Shown here piece by piece: positions 28,265-38,953 of a stretch of 64,000 nucleotides of DNA. The notes beneath the pieces were generated by a model. The model saw nothing but the letters and a program-made list of their open reading frames with translations. It was not told the origin of the DNA and did no database searches. Each line of letters begins with the position of its first letter. Position 1 is the first letter of the stretch. The translations under genes were made by a program, and so were the position numbers. Source of the stretch: Candidatus Thalassarchaeum sp. (lineage in GTDB: Archaea; Thermoplasmatota; Poseidoniia; Poseidoniales; Thalassarchaeaceae); assembly GCA_016777225.1 (NCBI GenBank), contig JADHRW010000001.1, forward strand, positions 76,103 to 140,102, read 5' to 3'.

Positions 28265-29305
28265 GTGGTAGTCACCTCCGACAGTGATATTTTTTGGCAT
28301 GAGCTAGAAAATAGTGATTTCATATTTTTATTAATATATATTATTGTAGCCCTGATTCCATTCATTAATTCTTACAGGCAGAAAACTAGCACAGCCTTAG
28401 CAATGGTTTTATCATTACTTCTTGTAATGTTTGTGAGATATGTTTTGAATTTATTAGATATTAGATTTTATGAAATACAACTATTAGCAATGATTCCAAT
28501 ATATTCTGATGACCCAGGACAGATATATCGGTTTGTAACTGCTGCTTGGCTGCATGCAGATTGGTTGCACGTACTTTCGAATATTCTAGTCATAGGATTG
28601 GTAGGAGTTCCTCTAGAACAGAGGCTTGGAAGTAAGAGATGGATAATAGTTTATTTCCTAGGATTTATTGGAGGGAATATTGCTTGGGCAATTACTCATC
28701 CTGAATCAAGTAATCCTGCCATAGGGGCTAGCGGAGCCGCATTTGGACTACTTGGAGCCTACATGGCATGCTGGCCAAATGATGAAATTGAATTTCCACT
28801 ATTATTTCTGATTAGAGCTTGGCCGATTTGGATAATTGTATTCGTAAGATTAGGACTAGAAATTTATCAAATATATTCAATTCAAGAAGGCACATCTGGA
28901 GAAACAAATATTGCACATATGGCACATATTGGAGGATTCATTCTAGCATATTTGTTGGCAAGAATTATCGCCAGAGGTGCCCCTAGTTCTTTAACAACTG
29001 ATGATTCAACACCTAATGCAGGAACACATAATGAATCAATGAGAAAAATTGCAAAAAAGAATATGGGAGATCTAACAGAAGACCCGTGGACATTGGCTGA
29101 AAAACCATTAGAAGGAAATGCGGGGAGAATATTGCAACAACTAAAATTACAAGGAGATGAATTAGAAACTAGACAAGCATGGTTAGAAGAACTTGCAGAA
29201 AATACCATCTGCCCGATCTGCAATGGTGAAATAAAAATAAACGAAAAAGATGAGATTTATCGACTTATTTGCACCATCAATGGCGAGCACCTATTTTGGC
29301 CTTAA
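28265..29305 (+). CDS. Rhomboid-family intramembrane serine protease with C-terminal zinc-ribbon tail
   Basis: WLHADWLHVLSNIL (H-x-x-x-N), GASGAAFGLLGAY (GxSG) and AHIGGF. The C-terminal tail contains CPICNGEIKIN...LICTINGEH. The start codon is GTG. Confidence 0.85.
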   Translation: MVVTSDSDIFWHELENSDFIFLLIYIIVALIPFINSYRQKTSTALAMVLSLLLVMFVRYVLNLLDIRFYEIQLLAMIPIYSDDPGQIYRFVTAAWLHADWLHVLSNILVIGLVGVPLEQRLGSKRWIIVYFLGFIGGNIAWAITHPESSNPAIGASGAAFGLLGAYMACWPNDEIEFPLLFLIRAWPIWIIVFVRLGLEIYQIYSIQEGTSGETNIAHMAHIGGFILAYLLARIIARGAPSSLTTDDSTPNAGTHNESMRKIAKKNMGDLTEDPWTLAEKPLEGNAGRILQQLKLQGDELETRQAWLEELAENTICPICNGEIKINEKDEIYRLICTINGEHLFWP

Positions 29306-29374
29306 TTTAAACATTAATGAACTAACTATCGGTTCAAATTATACCCCACTTGATGCTGGCTCTCTAAGAGAGCC

Positions 29375-32300
29375 ATGGCAAGAGCATCAAAAACAGTAGT
29401 TCCAATGTTAGTTGTAGCGTTGATGCTAGTCCTAGATTTATCAGCAGGAGTTTCGGCAATAGTTCCAAATGAGGATAATGATAATCAAGATGAAAATTAT
29501 GAATCAGAATTAATTTTAACGCAGTTTGAATTAGATATTCCTGCATTGCAATGTAATAATGAAAATTGCCCAGATAAGTATCTTGGAATAGGGTTCCCTC
29601 CATGGGATGCTAGTCCTGCTGTAGAAGAACCATATTGGTGGAAAAACTTTGCAACTGATCAAGATTCTAATGGAATGGAAGACAGTCTTCAGTATATGAT
29701 AGATGGTCAAAAAGAATCTCATTCGGCGACTGCAATAATTGGAAATGATGGTAGGATGACAACCGCAATTATTGTTGGATATTCATGGCACCCTGGTGAA
29801 ACTGATTTATTAAAATTAAAAGAAATCCTAATTGAACATGGTTGGGAGGAAGAAGGATCATGGTTTTTCCCTGTAGATTATATTGATTCAGTAGTAATTG
29901 ATCATGTACCAGTTAGTTCACTGATAGAAATTTGGCAACAAGACGGAGTTGTAATGATTGAAGAGCAAGATAAAATAGTATCATACCTAAGTGTAGCGAC
30001 TAGAGGGTCCAAAGTTCGAAATTCAGAGGTATATGATGAAACTTTGAGAGATTTTGGTTATGATGGTTCAGGAGTAGTAATTGCAGTTTTAGACTCTGGA
30101 GTAGACAATGAACATTTCTCTTTAGATGATTTCTCAGATAATAATTATGATAATGAAAACGAACCAAATGACCTTTCAGACCCTAAGTGGTTAGCGGGAT
30201 GTGACGCTACATCATGGAATTCTCAAGAATGTAATGATGGTGAGTTCGACCCAGACGATGGGAATGGACATGGAACTCATGTAGCAGGTATTGCATTGGG
30301 CACTGGAGATGATAGAAGAATAAACCAAGGTTATGCACCTGGTTCATACTTAGTTGATGTAAAAGTTATGACTGACTCGGGAGGTAGCGCTGGAGGAGAT
30401 GAAGGACCAATAATTCAAGGTTTACAATGGGTTTTACAAAATGTAGATACAGATTGGGGAAATAATGATTCAAGCGAAGGAATTGATATTATGACCATGT
30501 CATTCGGTAGTGGCAGTTCACCTGTTGGAAATAATGATCAGGGAGATGATGGTAACAACTCAGCAGCAAGATTAGTAAATAATTGTGCAGATGCAGGAAT
30601 AGTACCTATTGCCGCAATAGGGAATGATGGAACCAATCGAGTAACATCTGTAGGAGCCGCTGATTCTGCTATAACAGTGGGGGCTATTGATGACCAAAAT
30701 ACAATTCAAAGAAATGATGATGACATTGCAGATTATTCTAATTCAGGACCAAGAGTAGATGATAATGATGAGAATAAATGGGATGAACTGAAACCAGATG
30801 TTGTCGCTCCCGGATCTGGAATAACATCTGCAGAACATGCAGCGTCAACTTCAACAATACCTGGGCAAGATTCTGGAGGCTTGGCAGAAGACGGATATGT
30901 ATCATTGGATGGAACAAGTATGTCTACACCTGCAGTTGCAGGTTTAGCAGCGATTATCTTACAGATTGATGATGAACTAGAACCACAAGAAGTAAAGGAC
31001 CTTCTAAGAAATAATTCTGAAGTTAGAGGAACACCCTCTATGCCATCTGTTTCAGATAAATGGAACGATAAGTATGGTTTTGGAATAATTGACGGGAATC
31101 TAATTCTCCAAGCATTACTAGGAGATGATACTGGAGGAGGAGATGGTCCAGGTAACGGAACTGGTGGCGGTGACCCTCCTGTAGGAGAAGGTACAGGGAA
31201 TTGGGCTGTAATTGAAAAACCAAGTGGCTTATGGCTGATTGAAGGAGAGAGTTACAGCGTCCGTGGACATATCAACGATGCAGGAGAAGAAAATGGAAGT
31301 ACGGAAGAAGTTCAAGTTCGCGTAACTTACAAATATAGACCCATAGATGGTGGGCCGCTCTCTACAGGAGTTCTTGTAGACTGGCATCAAGCATTTGGGA
31401 CTATAAATTGGACGACTAACTTCGATTTACCAGATTTTGAAGAAGAGCAAGATGTAGATGCAGAAACCCTTCAGATCGAGGTAAAATCTAAAAATGAATT
31501 CGAACAATGGAGTAATACAACAAAAAATACACATAATGTTGGAAAAATATCATTGGAAGTCAGTTCACCTAGTAATCAAGATATTATAAGTGGAAATATC
31601 GAAATAAATGGAATAATGGAAACAGTGAATGGGGCTCAATTACAATGGAGATTGGGGACAGATGAATGGAAAAATATGACTTATTATTCAGGAAATGGTA
31701 ATGAAGAAATAGAATGGTCTATTCCTTGGAATACTAGAGATACTGATGATGGTGTCCAGAGATTCTCTGTAAGATTAGTTAGTGGTGTAGGAGTGGCTTC
31801 GGAAGAAATACGGACTACAATAGAAATTGATAATAATCCACCTTCTGCGGATTTGATGTTCAGAACAGGAATTACAATTCAAGAATTTGGAATAGCAGTA
31901 ACTGAAACATATGTTAATACATTTTTAGAAGCTAAAGTACAGATTAGAAATATAGGTGATTTATCTGCAGATGAACTATCAGTATATCTCTTAGAAGATG
32001 GATATAGGAAAGATGAGATAATTATTCAAAGTATAGGAAGTGGAGATATCATAGAAATATCTCTTTCATGGAATCCATCATCGGTAGGAGATAAGCAACT
32101 CACCATATCCATAGATCCACTAGACGAGATTCAAGAAAATAATGAAACAGATAATGATATTTCGATAATATTCCCAGTACTACAGAGACCTCAGGGAGTT
32201 GACTTAGCCTTCAGAGATGGTGCTGTTAAAACAGAACCATCAATTCCCAGACCTAATGAGCAATTCCTGATCACTGGAAGAATAGACAATCTAGGATCTA

Positions 32301-34186
32301 GTGATGCAACTAGCGTTAGCGCCACACTTTGGCTGAAAAATGAACTCGGATGGATGGAAGCGCAATCAACTACAATTTCACTAGTAGTAGGTCAAGGGGC
32401 TAGTCAAGTGGCATTCGCATACATCGCTAATGAAGTCGGACCTATTGAAATAAAAATATCAATACAGGGTGATAGTTTAACAGACTTAGATTGGGGTAAT
32501 AATGAAATTATTACAACGATACTTGTTGACCAATCTTCTCTTACAGGTGCTAGAAAGATATCCTTTAATTATGGAGAAGAACCAGTTAAAGTAATTGATC
32601 TTAATGGAGAAGGATTAGTCATAACTAGTAAGGATGGTGGATTATCATTGTATCGTCTGAATTCTAATCTTGCATTAGTTCCTTGTTCAAATATGCTAGA
32701 GACCAAGTGGTCAGGAGACTTTGCATCATGGAGTACAAGTGACGGATATGCCCACGTCACTTGGACAAGAAGATATATCGATAATCAAGGTTATTTCCTG
32801 CAAACTTTGAGTTATGCAAGGATTGATGCAACATGCGAGATTAGTCCAGTACAAGATTTAATGGAATCAATTTCCTTATCAGATGGTAAATATTATGGAA
32901 TTGATATGGACGTTAGAGGAACTGATATAATGATTGGAGGATATCATAGAGACATATCAACAGGTGGTACATACAAAGACTTGACAAGTATTTTTCTACT
33001 AACATCTGATTATCCTACATCATCTTCAGACTGGAGTTTCACTCCTAATATTATAGGTGAAATTGAAATTAATATGAATGAGGCCGCTCCAGTAGTTGTG
33101 GAATTTGGAGAGGAACATACACATATCCTTTACCAATCAATTAGAGACGATATAACTGGTAAAGAAAGACTGGGGTTGTGGTATGCTCATGGTTCTAATC
33201 AGCAAAGTTCTTGGACATATAGGAAGGCAATTGGAGATACTGTAGATATGCATACAATGTCGGTAAAAACCATAGACGAAAAAGATTATCTCTTTGCAGT
33301 TTGGAAAGAAGGTATAGATTCTGAATCTAAATTAATTGCTATGGTTGCAGATTCGTCTATGACACCATATGAAAATCTTAGAATGGAAGTCTCATCCAAA
33401 GGAATTGGGGATATACAAATGACTGAGACACATTTAGGGATACAAATATTTTATGACTTTGTTGGCCCTTCTGGTTCACAGATTCAATATGGTATGATGA
33501 GCCCTTCAGAAGATGAGCAATGGATTGGACTATCAAATAGAATTACATCAGGTAAAAATCATCTATCATCAGCAGATAGGAGTCCATTAAGTGACCAAAC
33601 GATTTTGTTAACTTGGAATGAATTATCGGGCTGGGAAATAAGAGCCTTGATTGATGATAATGATCCAGATGTAGGTGAATTAAATTTCCTTGATGAATTG
33701 AGAGTGCAATTAGGACTTGATGAACAGAATTTTGCAATATTAATGTCTGGAATCGCCATAACTGTACTATTGCTTTGTCTAGTCGTTCTCTCTACGATGT
33801 CGATTAGTGCTGTGAAATGGGCTGGAAGAAAGAGAAGAAAAAAGGTATCAGGAAATATCATCTTAGAAGATAATGTAGTAGACATAGTTGAACCAACAGA
33901 TATTCAAATAAAATCCTCTGAAATTGAGTTAGTTAATTCAGAATTAACAGATGGCGCTAATGTAAGGAAAGAGCGTAGACAAGAAAGAAAGAATGTATTT
34001 TCAGAACACCAAGAAATGATAGCGAAAATACCAGCAATAACATTGCCAATACCTGAAGGGGGCATGTCTCAAATTCCTAATATGAATAGAGCAGTAATAT
34101 GCCAAGAATGTGCAGCAAGATTTGAAGTTTCTACGGGTCTGAAGATGATTAAGTGTCCTATTTGCGACGTAAGAATTAAGCTTTAG
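29375..34186 (+). CDS. Giant membrane-anchored subtilisin-like serine protease (S8) with CARDB-like domains, TM helix and cytoplasmic zinc-ribbon tail
   Basis: Signal peptide MLVVALMLVLDLSAGVSA. Catalytic triad motifs AVLDSGVD, GHGTHVAG and GTSMSTPAVAG. TM helix FAILMSGIAITVLLLCLVVLSTMSISAV followed by KWAGRKRRKK. The tail contains CQEC...CPIC. Confidence 0.9.
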   Translation: MARASKTVVPMLVVALMLVLDLSAGVSAIVPNEDNDNQDENYESELILTQFELDIPALQCNNENCPDKYLGIGFPPWDASPAVEEPYWWKNFATDQDSNGMEDSLQYMIDGQKESHSATAIIGNDGRMTTAIIVGYSWHPGETDLLKLKEILIEHGWEEEGSWFFPVDYIDSVVIDHVPVSSLIEIWQQDGVVMIEEQDKIVSYLSVATRGSKVRNSEVYDETLRDFGYDGSGVVIAVLDSGVDNEHFSLDDFSDNNYDNENEPNDLSDPKWLAGCDATSWNSQECNDGEFDPDDGNGHGTHVAGIALGTGDDRRINQGYAPGSYLVDVKVMTDSGGSAGGDEGPIIQGLQWVLQNVDTDWGNNDSSEGIDIMTMSFGSGSSPVGNNDQGDDGNNSAARLVNNCADAGIVPIAAIGNDGTNRVTSVGAADSAITVGAIDDQNTIQRNDDDIADYSNSGPRVDDNDENKWDELKPDVVAPGSGITSAEHAASTSTIPGQDSGGLAEDGYVSLDGTSMSTPAVAGLAAIILQIDDELEPQEVKDLLRNNSEVRGTPSMPSVSDKWNDKYGFGIIDGNLILQALLGDDTGGGDGPGNGTGGGDPPVGEGTGNWAVIEKPSGLWLIEGESYSVRGHINDAGEENGSTEEVQVRVTYKYRPIDGGPLSTGVLVDWHQAFGTINWTTNFDLPDFEEEQDVDAETLQIEVKSKNEFEQWSNTTKNTHNVGKISLEVSSPSNQDIISGNIEINGIMETVNGAQLQWRLGTDEWKNMTYYSGNGNEEIEWSIPWNTRDTDDGVQRFSVRLVSGVGVASEEIRTTIEIDNNPPSADLMFRTGITIQEFGIAVTETYVNTFLEAKVQIRNIGDLSADELSVYLLEDGYRKDEIIIQSIGSGDIIEISLSWNPSSVGDKQLTISIDPLDEIQENNETDNDISIIFPVLQRPQGVDLAFRDGAVKTEPSIPRPNEQFLITGRIDNLGSSDATSVSATLWLKNELGWMEAQSTTISLVVGQGASQVAFAYIANEVGPIEIKISIQGDSLTDLDWGNNEIITTILVDQSSLTGARKISFNYGEEPVKVIDLNGEGLVITSKDGGLSLYRLNSNLALVPCSNMLETKWSGDFASWSTSDGYAHVTWTRRYIDNQGYFLQTLSYARIDATCEISPVQDLMESISLSDGKYYGIDMDVRGTDIMIGGYHRDISTGGTYKDLTSIFLLTSDYPTSSSDWSFTPNIIGEIEINMNEAAPVVVEFGEEHTHILYQSIRDDITGKERLGLWYAHGSNQQSSWTYRKAIGDTVDMHTMSVKTIDEKDYLFAVWKEGIDSESKLIAMVADSSMTPYENLRMEVSSKGIGDIQMTETHLGIQIFYDFVGPSGSQIQYGMMSPSEDEQWIGLSNRITSGKNHLSSADRSPLSDQTILLTWNELSGWEIRALIDDNDPDVGELNFLDELRVQLGLDEQNFAILMSGIAITVLLLCLVVLSTMSISAVKWAGRKRRKKVSGNIILEDNVVDIVEPTDIQIKSSEIELVNSELTDGANVRKERRQERKNVFSEHQEMIAKIPAITLPIPEGGMSQIPNMNRAVICQECAARFEVSTGLKMIKCPICDVRIKL

Positions 34187-34194
34187 GTGAGTCT

Positions 34195-34824
34195 ATGCGA
34201 GTTTTACTTGCCTCTGCATCTAAACGAAGATTATCATGCTTAGAAGATATATTAGATTTGGAAATATACACGCAAGCATTATTTAGTGAAGAAAAAGACT
34301 TGATTACGGGTAAAAGTGTTGAAGTTCAAGTAACTGAAATATGCTTCTCTAAGGCTGAAAATGCTGCAATAGAGTGGAGTGTCATTGAAAAAGAAAAGGA
34401 AAAAATACCTGAGATAATTATTGTATCTGATACAATTGTAGAAGACCCAGATGATCCAATGAACCCAATGGGGAAACCAATGAATGAATTTCAAGCAACA
34501 AATATGTTACTACGTTTATCAGGAAAAAGACATAGAGTATGGTCTTCTACCGCAATTCTAACTAAGAATAATCAAGAATATAGGCCAATTCATGGCGAAT
34601 GGAAATATAAAATATGGACGAATTATTCAGTTGTTGAGTTTAATGAATTAACCGATGAAGATATAATCTCATTAATTGAAAGTAGTTCATGGGATGGAAA
34701 AGCAGGAGGATATGACTTAGCAGGTGATGCCAACGAATATACAAAATTAATTCATGGTGATGAGTTAACTGTACTAGGGTTTTCATTTGAAGCAGTAAAT
34801 GAACTGAAATCTAAACTACTCTAA
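34195..34824 (+). CDS. maf: Maf-like nucleoside triphosphate pyrophosphatase
   Basis: VLLASASKRR, SDTIV and GKAGGYDLAGD. Confidence 0.8.
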   Translation: MRVLLASASKRRLSCLEDILDLEIYTQALFSEEKDLITGKSVEVQVTEICFSKAENAAIEWSVIEKEKEKIPEIIIVSDTIVEDPDDPMNPMGKPMNEFQATNMLLRLSGKRHRVWSSTAILTKNNQEYRPIHGEWKYKIWTNYSVVEFNELTDEDIISLIESSSWDGKAGGYDLAGDANEYTKLIHGDELTVLGFSFEAVNELKSKLL

Positions 34825-35318
34825 ACGAAAACAACACCGCCAAATTTCACTACAAACTCTTTCTGAATTTCATCAAACCACTCTAACATTGAAATTGAAA
34901 AACGAACTGAAATTATTTCATTATCTATCAATAAGTCATCTTGTATTCCTTTGAGAGTACCTGGAGCAGCTCCACAAGACACACAAGCACCATCTAAATC
35001 TATGATTAAAGAAAGAACTCTCCTACCATCATGTGTTTGTTCAATTTCTGCTGAACTCACAATTAGACTACCTCCATGGCCATCTAAAGCCGCTCTAACA
35101 GACCCTAATCTTGACATTAATGCAGGCACTAAATCAGAATCATTAGATTCAAATAATTTGACTAGAGATAATTTAGTAAGACGTTCTAATTCTTGAGGAT
35201 TATGATTCTCTTCAATCCTACGGGCTGCCTCTGCTTTCATCATATCTTCAATCTGATTTCTATATGATTCAGACAGATCATTTGACACTGGAAGTTTATT
35301 GTCGCGTGAGGCACTCAT
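34821..35318 (-). CDS. NifU/Nfu C-terminal-domain Fe-S cluster protein
   Basis: LDGHGGSLIV and LDGACVSCGAAPGTLKGIQD (CxxC). It is divergent from sufCBD. Confidence 0.7.
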   Translation of the reverse strand: MSASRDNKLPVSNDLSESYRNQIEDMMKAEAARRIEENHNPQELERLTKLSLVKLFESNDSDLVPALMSRLGSVRAALDGHGGSLIVSSAEIEQTHDGRRVLSLIIDLDGACVSCGAAPGTLKGIQDDLLIDNEIISVRFSISMLEWFDEIQKEFVVKFGGVVFV

Positions 35319-35444
35319 TACAATACCCGAGAAGGGGTTTTCACTTTAGGATGACCAATTAAGGATTGAAACCTCTTGATGATTTGAATTGATAATAAGC
35401 ATCCATTCAAAAGGGGCGGCATACACGAGTGAATAGGTAATAGC

Positions 35445-36209
35445 ATGTCTAATGAGTTGAACTTACTAAAAATCCAAGATTTATACGCTGGGATTGATGA
35501 TACTCCTATCCTTAAAGGGATTAATTTGAACATCAAACCAGGAGAAATTCATGCAATTATGGGCAGAAATGGTAGTGGTAAGACTACTACTGCTAACATA
35601 ATAATGGGCCATCCTGATTATGAAGTTGAAGGTGGCATTGTTGAACTTAATGGAGAAAATTTACTAGAAATGGAAACTTGGGAAAGGGCAAGAAAAGGAG
35701 TTTTTCTGTCATTTCAATATCCACAATCAGTACCTGGATTACAGGTTGGAAATTTTCTCCGAAAATCAGTTGCTGCAATTCTTGGAGATGAGGCGGCCAA
35801 AGGTTCTGAATTTAGAAAAAAACTAAAAGAAAGTATGAAAGAACTGGATATACCAGCATCTTTTCTTGGAAGGTATGTTAATGATGGTTTTAGCGGTGGA
35901 GAAAAGAAAAGATTTGAGATATTACAATTAATGTTGATTAAGCCAAAATTAGCTATTCTTGATGAAACAGATTCTGGCTTAGATATAGATGGAATAAGAA
36001 CAGTAGCGAAAGGAATCAATGCTGCAATAAGGGGTACAGATTCAGGAGCACTCATCATCACACATTATTCTAGAATTTTAGAACACGTTCAACCGGATAA
36101 AATCCACGTATTAATTGCAGGCAAGATTGTTAAAACTGGAGGACCAGAATTAGCTCTCGAACTTGAAGAGAAAGGTTATGACTGGCTAGAGACAGGATCT
36201 GACAAGTAA
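35445..36209 (+). CDS. sufC: Fe-S cluster assembly ATPase SufC
   Basis: [36 protein letters not shown] and ITHY. Confidence 0.95.
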   Translation: MSNELNLLKIQDLYAGIDDTPILKGINLNIKPGEIHAIMGRNGSGKTTTANIIMGHPDYEVEGGIVELNGENLLEMETWERARKGVFLSFQYPQSVPGLQVGNFLRKSVAAILGDEAAKGSEFRKKLKESMKELDIPASFLGRYVNDGFSGGEKKRFEILQLMLIKPKLAILDETDSGLDIDGIRTVAKGINAAIRGTDSGALIITHYSRILEHVQPDKIHVLIAGKIVKTGGPELALELEEKGYDWLETGSDK

Positions 36210-36224
36210 AAAGGAGAAAGTAAT

Positions 36225-37634
36225 ATGACAACTAATCAAGCAAGAGAAGCCGTTGGAGACTATAAGGCAGGATGGCACGACCCAGAGAATTCTACTATTC
36301 GCTTTGATGCTGGACTTTCGGAACAAGTAGTAAGAGATATCTCTGAATTAAAAAATGAACCAGAATGGATGACAGAAATGAGAGTTAAAGCATTCAAACA
36401 TTTTGATGAAAGGCCTATGCCAACTTGGGGTAACATGTCAATGCTTAGTGAAATAAACTTTGATAAAATTTGCTATTATCTAAGATCATCCAAAGCAACA
36501 GAAAATGATTGGGATGATGTCCCAGAAGATATAAGAAATACATTCGACAGATTAGGTATACCTGATGCTGAACAAAAATGGCTTAGTGGAGTTACGGCCC
36601 AGTATGAATCAGAAGCAGTATATCATTCAATTAGAGAGGATTTACAAAAACAAGGAGTAATATTCCTAGATATGGACAGTGGATTGAGGGAGCATGAAGA
36701 ACTTGTAAAGAAGTGGTTCGGAAGTGTAGTACCATATTCTGATAACAAATTTAGTGCGCTTAATACTGCAGTTTGGTCCGGTGGATCTTTCATCTATGTA
36801 CCTAAAGGGATTCATGTTGAGTTACCAGTTCAGGCATATTTCAGAATTAATGCTAAAAACATGGGCCAATTTGAAAGAACATTGATTATTGCTGATGAAG
36901 GCAGTAGTATTCACTATGTAGAAGGATGCACAGCCCCTACATATTCCACAGATTCTTTACATTCTGCAGTCGTAGAACTAATTGCACTGCCTGGTGCTCA
37001 CATTAGATATAGTACTGTACAAAACTGGAGTGCAAATGTATACAATCTTGTAACAAAGAGAGGTATTGCTCATGAGAATTCGAAAATTGAATGGGTAGAT
37101 GGAAATATTGGTAGTAAATTGACGATGAAATATCCATCAGTTATTCTCAAAGGTGAAGGAGCCCATGCAGAAGTTATTTCTGTAGCATATTCAGGATCAG
37201 GACAACATCAAGATGCTGGTGCTAAAATACATCACCTTGCAAGTAATACCACAAGTAAAATTTTATCGAAGTCAATAAGTAAAGATGGAGGAAGGGGGTC
37301 TTACAGAGGTTTAGTTACAGTGTCTCCAAAAGCTGAAAATTGTAAGTTAAATGTTGTATGTGATGCACTAATTCTAGATAAAGATAGCAGGAGTGACACC
37401 TACCCAACAATGGAAGTTGCTAATCCTACTGCACGTTGTGAGCATGAAGCAAGTGTTTCAAAAGTTAGCGATAATCAATTATTTTATCTAATGAGCAGAG
37501 GACACTCAGAAGAAGAAGCTTTAGCATTAATTGTCAATGGTTTCTTTGAACCATTCACAAGAGAATTACCCATGGAATATGCTGTTGAATTAAATAAGTT
37601 AATGGCACTCGAAATGGAAGGAAGCATTGGTTAA
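36225..37634 (+). CDS. sufB: Fe-S cluster assembly protein SufB
   Basis: 469 aa with the typical SufB beta-helix core ([30 protein letters not shown]) and C-terminal FYLMSRG. Confidence 0.95.
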   Translation: MTTNQAREAVGDYKAGWHDPENSTIRFDAGLSEQVVRDISELKNEPEWMTEMRVKAFKHFDERPMPTWGNMSMLSEINFDKICYYLRSSKATENDWDDVPEDIRNTFDRLGIPDAEQKWLSGVTAQYESEAVYHSIREDLQKQGVIFLDMDSGLREHEELVKKWFGSVVPYSDNKFSALNTAVWSGGSFIYVPKGIHVELPVQAYFRINAKNMGQFERTLIIADEGSSIHYVEGCTAPTYSTDSLHSAVVELIALPGAHIRYSTVQNWSANVYNLVTKRGIAHENSKIEWVDGNIGSKLTMKYPSVILKGEGAHAEVISVAYSGSGQHQDAGAKIHHLASNTTSKILSKSISKDGGRGSYRGLVTVSPKAENCKLNVVCDALILDKDSRSDTYPTMEVANPTARCEHEASVSKVSDNQLFYLMSRGHSEEEALALIVNGFFEPFTRELPMEYAVELNKLMALEMEGSIG

Positions 37635-37647
37635 TTGGGGCATTTAA

Positions 37648-38766
37648 ATGGATCCTGGCCAAACATACCTCTCACTAGAGGAACCAAATAATGCGAATCA
37701 TCTTTGGAGATATTCTCCTTGGAAAAAAGTTCATCCAACAGGTAATACTAGAGAAATACCAGATGATTTTTCTGAGCCTGAAATAACTCTTTTGCTATTA
37801 GATGGTGGTGAAGTTCCAGAAGGAGTTACGATAATAAAAGAGCCTTTGGAAACTAAACAAAATACATTTAGTGACCCGGTTTCTATGAATTTTATTGATG
37901 CAGTTTCCAGTAATCATAAATTTACTCTAAAAGTAAAAAATAATACTGTACTAAACCAACCAGTAGTATTGAAAATAAATTCAGGCATCTCTAATTCTGC
38001 AATGAATCTAACTATCCAAATCGGAAGGCATTGTGAGTTTGAATTAGTGACCCAAATAGTAGGCAATGCACCATGGTTTGGTTTAATTCGAAATAGTGAG
38101 ATAGGAGAGGGTTCAATAATTAATGATGTTTTAGTAGGACAAATGAACTCAGGAACTTTACTTAGAGTAGATGCAATAAATATAGGCAGAGATGCTCAAG
38201 TAAAAGCAGGAAGTATTAGCTCAGGATCTGAAAGAACTAAAGCAGACCTAAGATATATGATGAATGAAAATGGTGGGAATTTACGAGTTTTAGGTTCTAT
38301 TTTATCTGCAGATAAAATGCACATAGATCATCATGTAGAGATACACCATGAAGCACCGAATACATTTAGTAGATTAGATTGGCATTCCGCTTGTGGCGGT
38401 AATAGTAGGACAATTGGAACTGGGATGCTAAGAGTTGCAAATGGAGCGGTGGGGGCAGATGCGGGACAATTATTCCATAACCTATTACTTTCCGAAAAAG
38501 CTGAGGCAGATAGTATACCTGAACTTGAAGTTAGTGAACATGATGTAGTTGGGTGTGGACATGGAACAGCTAATGGGCCAGTAGATGAAGAACAGTTATT
38601 CTACTTAGAAGCAAGAGGTTTCAATCCTGATGATGCAAAAGATGCTCTAATTGCTGCATTTTTAAATTCTACTCTTTCAGAGATGGGGAGTGAAATATTA
38701 CATCAGTGGCTAGCAGATAATCTACAAGATGAGTTAAAATCATTAACAACATCAGAAACAAATTAA
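37648..38766 (+). CDS. sufD: Fe-S cluster assembly protein SufD
   Basis: It has a SufB/D-family beta-helix, LFYLEARGF near the C-terminus, and the operon position after sufB. Confidence 0.85.
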   Translation: MDPGQTYLSLEEPNNANHLWRYSPWKKVHPTGNTREIPDDFSEPEITLLLLDGGEVPEGVTIIKEPLETKQNTFSDPVSMNFIDAVSSNHKFTLKVKNNTVLNQPVVLKINSGISNSAMNLTIQIGRHCEFELVTQIVGNAPWFGLIRNSEIGEGSIINDVLVGQMNSGTLLRVDAINIGRDAQVKAGSISSGSERTKADLRYMMNENGGNLRVLGSILSADKMHIDHHVEIHHEAPNTFSRLDWHSACGGNSRTIGTGMLRVANGAVGADAGQLFHNLLLSEKAEADSIPELEVSEHDVVGCGHGTANGPVDEEQLFYLEARGFNPDDAKDALIAAFLNSTLSEMGSEILHQWLADNLQDELKSLTTSETN

Positions 38767-38789
38767 TACCTGTTTGTTGTAGCAGTTTT

Positions 38790-38927
38790 ATGGACATCGA
38801 CCATTGCAAACAGATTTTCTGTTTATGTGGCTTTAGAGGTGCTGCGATTCCAGTGAGGCAACATATGGAATGTCCTACTTGTAGAAGAGTCGTAGAAGCA
38901 TGTTGTGAAGGAGTTCCAACATACTAA
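38790..38927 (+). CDS. Small Cys-rich (zinc-ribbon-like) protein, 45 aa, hypothetical
   Basis: Not in the ORF track. Hand translation gives MDIDHCKQIFCLCGFRGAAIPVRQHMECPTCRRVVEACCEGVPTY*, with 7 Cys including CPTC. It lies 23 nt downstream of sufD on the same strand. Confidence 0.4.
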   Translation: MDIDHCKQIFCLCGFRGAAIPVRQHMECPTCRRVVEACCEGVPTY

Positions 38928-38953
38928 TATTTTAATAAATAATAGTAAGAAAA

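Noticed and set aside
28135-28365. A 76-aa minus-strand ORF across the ccmAB-rhomboid divergent spacer, and likewise a 72-aa ORF at 35318-35536 across the nifU-sufC spacer.
   Set aside because: Both overlap the 5' ends of well-supported genes in antisense, have no motifs, and occupy promoter regions. They are most likely chance ORFs in AT-rich sequence.
29364-29722. Minus-strand ORFs of 79 and 63 aa at the 5' end of the subtilase gene, plus the other short antisense ORFs listed throughout the track inside long genes (about 60-118 aa).
   Set aside because: All are nested antisense within genes that have strong homology. They show no motifs or start-site context and are the expected background in a low-GC genome.
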